The position numbers and the translations under genes are program-made. Below, piece after piece: positions 60,053 to 64,000 of a stretch of DNA of 64,000 bases. The first letter of the stretch is position 1; every line of letters begins with the position of its first letter. Origin of the DNA: Vitrella brassicaformis CCMP3155 (Eukaryota > Protista > Chromerida). The notes beneath the pieces were generated by a model that saw nothing but the letters and a program-made list of their open reading frames with translations, made no database searches and was not told where the DNA came from. The stretch lies in assembly GCA_001179505.1 (NCBI GenBank), contig CDMY01000738.1:220790-284789 (forward strand). Direction: 5' to 3'.

Positions 60053-60828
60053 CCCCTCCTCACGTCTTGCAGGCTACTGCGAGACGTGGACCACACAGAA
60101 GCTAATTACTTGTACGCAGTATGTAAATGTATGCAGGTAAACCGACGCCAAAAGNNNNNNNNNNNNNNNNNNNNNNNNNNNNNNNNNNNNNNNNNNNNNN
60201 NNNNNNNNNNNNNNNNNNNNNNNNNNNNNNNNNNNNNNNNNNNNNNNNNNNNNNNNNNNNNNNNNNNNNNNNNNNNNNNNNNNNNNNNNNNNNNNNNNNN
60301 NNNNNNNNNNNNNNNNNNNNNNNNNNNNNNNNNNNNNNNNNNNNNNNNNNNNNNNNNNNNNNNNNNNNNNNNNNNNNNNNNNNNNNNNNNNNNNNNNNNN
60401 NNNNNNNNNNNNNNNNNNNNNNNNNNNNNNNNNNNNNNNNNNNNNNNNNNNNNNAGTTCATTGTGCGGACCATTCCGATGTTTGCATAACGTCAACGTCG
60501 GCCGGGGGGAAGTGGAGCAATATCATTGTCGACTCGTCTTGATTCTGCTGCAGACCCGCCATTTGAGACAGACCCGTCGGCACCGTGCGGTGCGGGTGGC
60601 CAGGAGACATCATCGCCGTCGGCGTGTCCCTGAGACCTGCATGATGGGCAGGAAGCGCGTGACACCGTGCAGCCTCAGTCGAGCGGCTTTTCTTCTGTTC
60701 TGTCATCGTGTGTATAGGCTGCGACAGGGTGTGCAATGCAGTTTTGTCGCGCAATGCGTCAGATGCCTGTGTTCCCTTCTGTCTGTGTTTGCTGTGCCCG
60801 TCTGAAAGTGTGCGACGTACGTCATATA

Positions 60829-62682
60829 CGTTTAAGTAGTTGTGTGGAGAGCAGAGTCCCACAGATCACGAGCGTTGATAAAAGAGCGGCACAGAGGTCC
60901 AACATCCACAAGCAGGCAGGCAAACACGAAGGCGAACACGAAAAGGCACGTGGTCTTGGCGAACTGGGCTATCGGCGACCCACGATGACATGCAGGCTGG
61001 CTGGGCTTATCGGCGACCCACTTACATGAGGGCAGAGGCAGGAAGACAGGCAGCAAAGTCAGTCAACGCTCAAGTGTGGCAAAACAGTAGGTAGAGCGCT
61101 ATGACTCGTAAAACACATGCCAAAATCCCAACACCCCTCCTCACGTCTTGCAGGCTACTGCGAGACGTGGACCACACAGAAGCTAATTACTTGTACGCAG
61201 TATGTAAATGTATGCAGGTAAACCGACGCCAAAAGCAGTTCCATGCATTGCATTCTTTCCTGCAACGCACTCCCCTCCTCAAACACATCCTCTTCTCACA
61301 TAATCCAGGGCGTTCGATCGTCCGACAGCAAGTTCACTTCAGTCAGTGGCGGCGGTGGTGGTGGTGCTGCCGCGGATGCCGACTGGGGGGCTGTGTTGCT
61401 GGCTCGATGAGGTGGTGTCCAGTTGATGGCTTCCAGATCACCACTCAGACACTTCTCATGGCGCATAAAACAGTAGCGCCAACCGCCGTTGTGGTCCTTC
61501 TTGCAGAAGTCGCAATTGACCATGCCGATACGGGTGCGATGCTTCTGCTGCTCGGGTGTGAATGCGATGGGTGGAGAGCGGCTGGCAAATGACTGTGACG
61601 GCGTGGTGAGACCGGGGTAGCGGAAGAGCGACGAGCGGGCTGTGCTTGTTGTCATGCTAAAAATATCCCTGGCTTCGCTGTACGATGGCGTGGCGACAGT
61701 AGGTGGCTTGTGCGACTCGCCCCAGAACCGCAGATCCCTCTTGATGTCGTTCAGTGGGGAGTTCTTGCGCATCGCCTCTTCCTTCAGCAGCATCAGGCTC
61801 GACTCGGGCGGGATTGAGGCAAGCAGGTAGCCGCGCTGCACACGCGCATCCATAGCTGTCCCTGTGACGTGTGCGTAGGTGTTGACGAGGCCCTCAAAGC
61901 GCAGCAGCTCTGTCTTGGCCTGGTAGCTGAACCACTTGAAGCTCCGCAGCTCATCCAGCAGTCGATCACTAATAGCGGATCCATCACCGAGGAAGCACTT
62001 GCGCAGATAGAACCACGCATACGATCCGTTGCCTCTCTTGTTGACGGGGACGTTGGCGAGGTAGGCAGCGGCTTCACCCTGGCAGACCGACACGAGAAGA
62101 CGCCACAGGGCCTTCACCTTCTTCCAGTCGTCCTCAGTAAGGGTGGAGCCATCCTCTGTTGGTTTCTTGATGGCGTCTGCTGCAGGTTCTGTCTCGGGCA
62201 GGAGGTTTGCGTAGTCTTCTGAGAGCAGGCTGCTCACACGAAGCTGCCAGCGGTAGTAGTCGAGCTCATCTCCATCGAGGACGGGCACAGAGAGCTTGAC
62301 GTCATCGAGAGTGACCTCGCAGAGGCGTTGAGTAGCGGCGAGAAGCTGACTCTCGGTCATCGCTGTAGTGCAGTTCTTGCTGCGCCCATGTTGAAGTTGT
62401 TGTGTGGAGAGCAGAGTCCCACAGATCACGAGCGTTGATAAAAGAGCGGCACAGAGGTCCAACATCCACAAACAGGCAGGCAAACACGAAGGCGAAACGT
62501 GGCCTTGGCGAACTGGGCTATCGGCGACCCACGATGACATGCAGGCTGGCTGCGCTTATCGGCGACCCACTTACATGAGGGCAGAGGCAAGAAGACAGGC
62601 AGCAAAGTCAGTCAACGCTCAAGTGTGGCAAAACAGTAGGTAGAGCGGTATGACTCGTAAAACACATGCCAAAATCCCAACA
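60829..62682 (-). mobile_element. Gag-only (non-autonomous) Copia-type LTR retroelement: LTR - PBS - gag - PPT - LTR
   Basis: 5' LTR 62682-62389, followed immediately by TGGGCGCAGCAAG (PBS position). The gag ORF is followed by about 150 nt of 3' internal sequence, the PPT GAGGAGGGG (61142-61134) and the 3' LTR 61133-60829. Confidence 0.85.
61296..62360 (-). CDS. gag: Copia-type Gag protein (354 aa), truncated at the start of protease
   Basis: Gag-like patterns YYRWQLRVSSLL, ALWRLLVSVCQGEAAAYL...AWFYLRKCF and YLLASIPPE. It has a knuckle-like CDFCKKDHNGGWRYC and ends TPWIM*, where Copia protease W-I/L-x-D-S-G would begin. Confidence 0.8.
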   Translation of the reverse strand: MTESQLLAATQRLCEVTLDDVKLSVPVLDGDELDYYRWQLRVSSLLSEDYANLLPETEPAADAIKKPTEDGSTLTEDDWKKVKALWRLLVSVCQGEAAAYLANVPVNKRGNGSYAWFYLRKCFLGDGSAISDRLLDELRSFKWFSYQAKTELLRFEGLVNTYAHVTGTAMDARVQRGYLLASIPPESSLMLLKEEAMRKNSPLNDIKRDLRFWGESHKPPTVATPSYSEARDIFSMTTSTARSSLFRYPGLTTPSQSFASRSPPIAFTPEQQKHRTRIGMVNCDFCKKDHNGGWRYCFMRHEKCLSGDLEAINWTPPHRASNTAPQSASAAAPPPPPPLTEVNLLSDDRTPWIM

Positions 62683-64000
62683 ATATATACACACTCCGAG
62701 TCCAAAGGTGCATGCGCACACCTGCGCGCAGGTGCGCGCACAAAGACAATCATCATATACGCACACTCCAAGTCGACGCGTGCATGCGTCGGAGGTGGGC
62801 GTACACAGCAGCGGTTTCAGGCAGGACCCTAGGTGGCCTGACGGCCAAGTCCCCTGTCGGTCTGTCCAACATGAAACACGCACCCACATGCAACCCAGAC
62901 ACGCAACACGCAGCACGCAGAGGGCAGATGCAGCAAACAGGTGGATATGCAATGCGCTGCGAACGACGGCAACATACAAGCAGGCACACAACGTCGCACA
63001 CACGCCACCCCAGCAACCTGAAGGCGGCGTGCGTGCGTGCGTGGTGCACCATGACTCCATACGTACGTACCGCCCATTCCCACGTGGCCAGCTAGTGCAG
63101 ATCGACCAGTCGCACACAAACACGCCCCTATAACAACCACGCACGGAGTGCTGGGGGTGTATGAAATTCGAGCGCACCGCCGCCCCGGTCTCCACGGCGG
63201 AGAGGGGCGGCAGGCGGCCGACCCGTAGACACCCCCAGGGCAAACCCATACAGAGATATTCATTATATATTCACATTCCAAGTCTGAACGTGCATGCGCA
63301 GGTGTTCGCACACAGAGAGACAAGAGAGAGTGAAGAAAGTGTGAGGATGGATGGCGGAGAATGCTTTGAATGCCGGCGTAATCAATCTTATCTGAAAGCT
63401 CTGATTCCTTCATGTGACAGAGTGACTGTATAGTAGAGTCGACATCTGGAGCTAGAAACTTGTCTATTAAGCTTCTGATGACAGCTGCGATGCTCCTTCT
63501 TCTCTTGTGGATTTGCTTGTATATGGTTGCTTCTCAGTGTGCTCGATTGTTTTGCGTCTCAAGAGGGAGGATGCGGATTGCTGTGGGCTGGTGCATCCTC
63601 ATTCATTTCTCAGTTCACTTTCGTCTTCTGGCAAACGACTTATGGCAGAAAGACCGAGGGAGGAGAGGTAGTGAAGATAATGATACATGGAGCAGGGATG
63701 CTTTGAATGCCGGCATAATCAATCTTATCTGAAACGATTCCGTGACATCAACACATCGTTGATTTCTTAGTGGAGCTGAAGAATAGACACTGTTTTGTCA
63801 GTCTGCTTGATAATTCTCATGCAGCTGGAGGTTCGATGCATGGAGGCGGCATTTGTGTGAAGACTGCATGCACGTGTCGACTTGGAGTGTGTGTATATGA
63901 CCAATGTCTCTGTGCGCACACCTGCACATGCACGTGTCGACTTCAAGTGTGCGTATATGATGAATGTCTGTGTGCGCACACCTGCGCATGAACATTTGGA
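62683..64000. repeat. Repeat region: about 60-65-bp unit in direct (62683-62790, 63255-63320) and inverted (63865-64000) orientation, plus a 39-bp direct repeat
   Basis: The unit catatacgcacactccaagtcgacgcgtgcatgcg... matches the reverse complement of 63865-64000. atgctttgaatgccggc(g/a)taatcaatcttatctgaaa occurs at about 63362 and 63698. Confidence 0.8.

Noticed and set aside
22946-60454. Poly-G/poly-C runs next to the 300-N gaps as G-quadruplex elements
   Set aside because: Fixed-size gaps at homopolymers are best explained by sequencing dropout, and the true run lengths are unknown.
59750-62682. Three roughly 300-bp direct repeats as a CRISPR-like or satellite array
   Set aside because: TG...CA termini, PBS, PPT and gag identify them as LTRs. 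The context is eukaryotic and there are no cas genes.
1-64000. tRNA, rRNA or snRNA genes
   Set aside because: I could not recognise any cloverleaf or rRNA/snRNA signature by eye. tRNAscan-SE or Infernal would be needed to exclude them.

Overview
This is an intron-rich, GC-rich eukaryotic genomic window. Its introns are packed with (GT)n/(AC)n, (CAGA)n and (GGAT)n microsatellites, and there are five 300-N assembly gaps. The intron style and two recognisable lineage-specific F-box-like families suggest the chromerid alveolate Vitrella brassicaformis; this is an inference and no search was run. I can support about 19 protein-coding loci, 16 of them in 8 tight head-to-head pairs. In order they are: a maltose/galactoside O-acetyltransferase (truncated by the window edge), a SUMO-like + RING-H2 protein, a large J-domain protein, a leader-bearing M16A insulinase, an F-box-like family member, a coiled-coil/Zn-finger/ADP-ribosyltransferase gene with frameshifts, a secreted Cys-rich protein, a pseudouridine glycosidase-kinase fusion, a secreted Pro/Ala-stalk protein, a Prx5-type peroxiredoxin, a BCS1-like AAA ATPase, a reverse transcriptase, a 2x PAN/Apple protein, an F-box/WD40-like protein, a BTB protein, a 3xKH protein, a TPR-like protein, a multipass membrane protein and a pseudogene. 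The right end holds a tandem Copia-type gag-only LTR structure. The top finding is at 32544-36458 (-): a complete, stop-free Penelope-like (PLE) reverse transcriptase gene. It has 12 phase-compatible host-style GT-AG introns, intact catalytic motifs (FD, GIPMG, YMDD), no GIY-YIG endonuclease and no visible terminal repeats. It also has an Arg/Ser-rich N-terminus resembling an organellar presequence and sits head-to-head with a host gene, making it a candidate domesticated RT. Gene models were assembled by hand. Coordinates of multi-exon genes give the overall span, and some internal junctions are unresolved.
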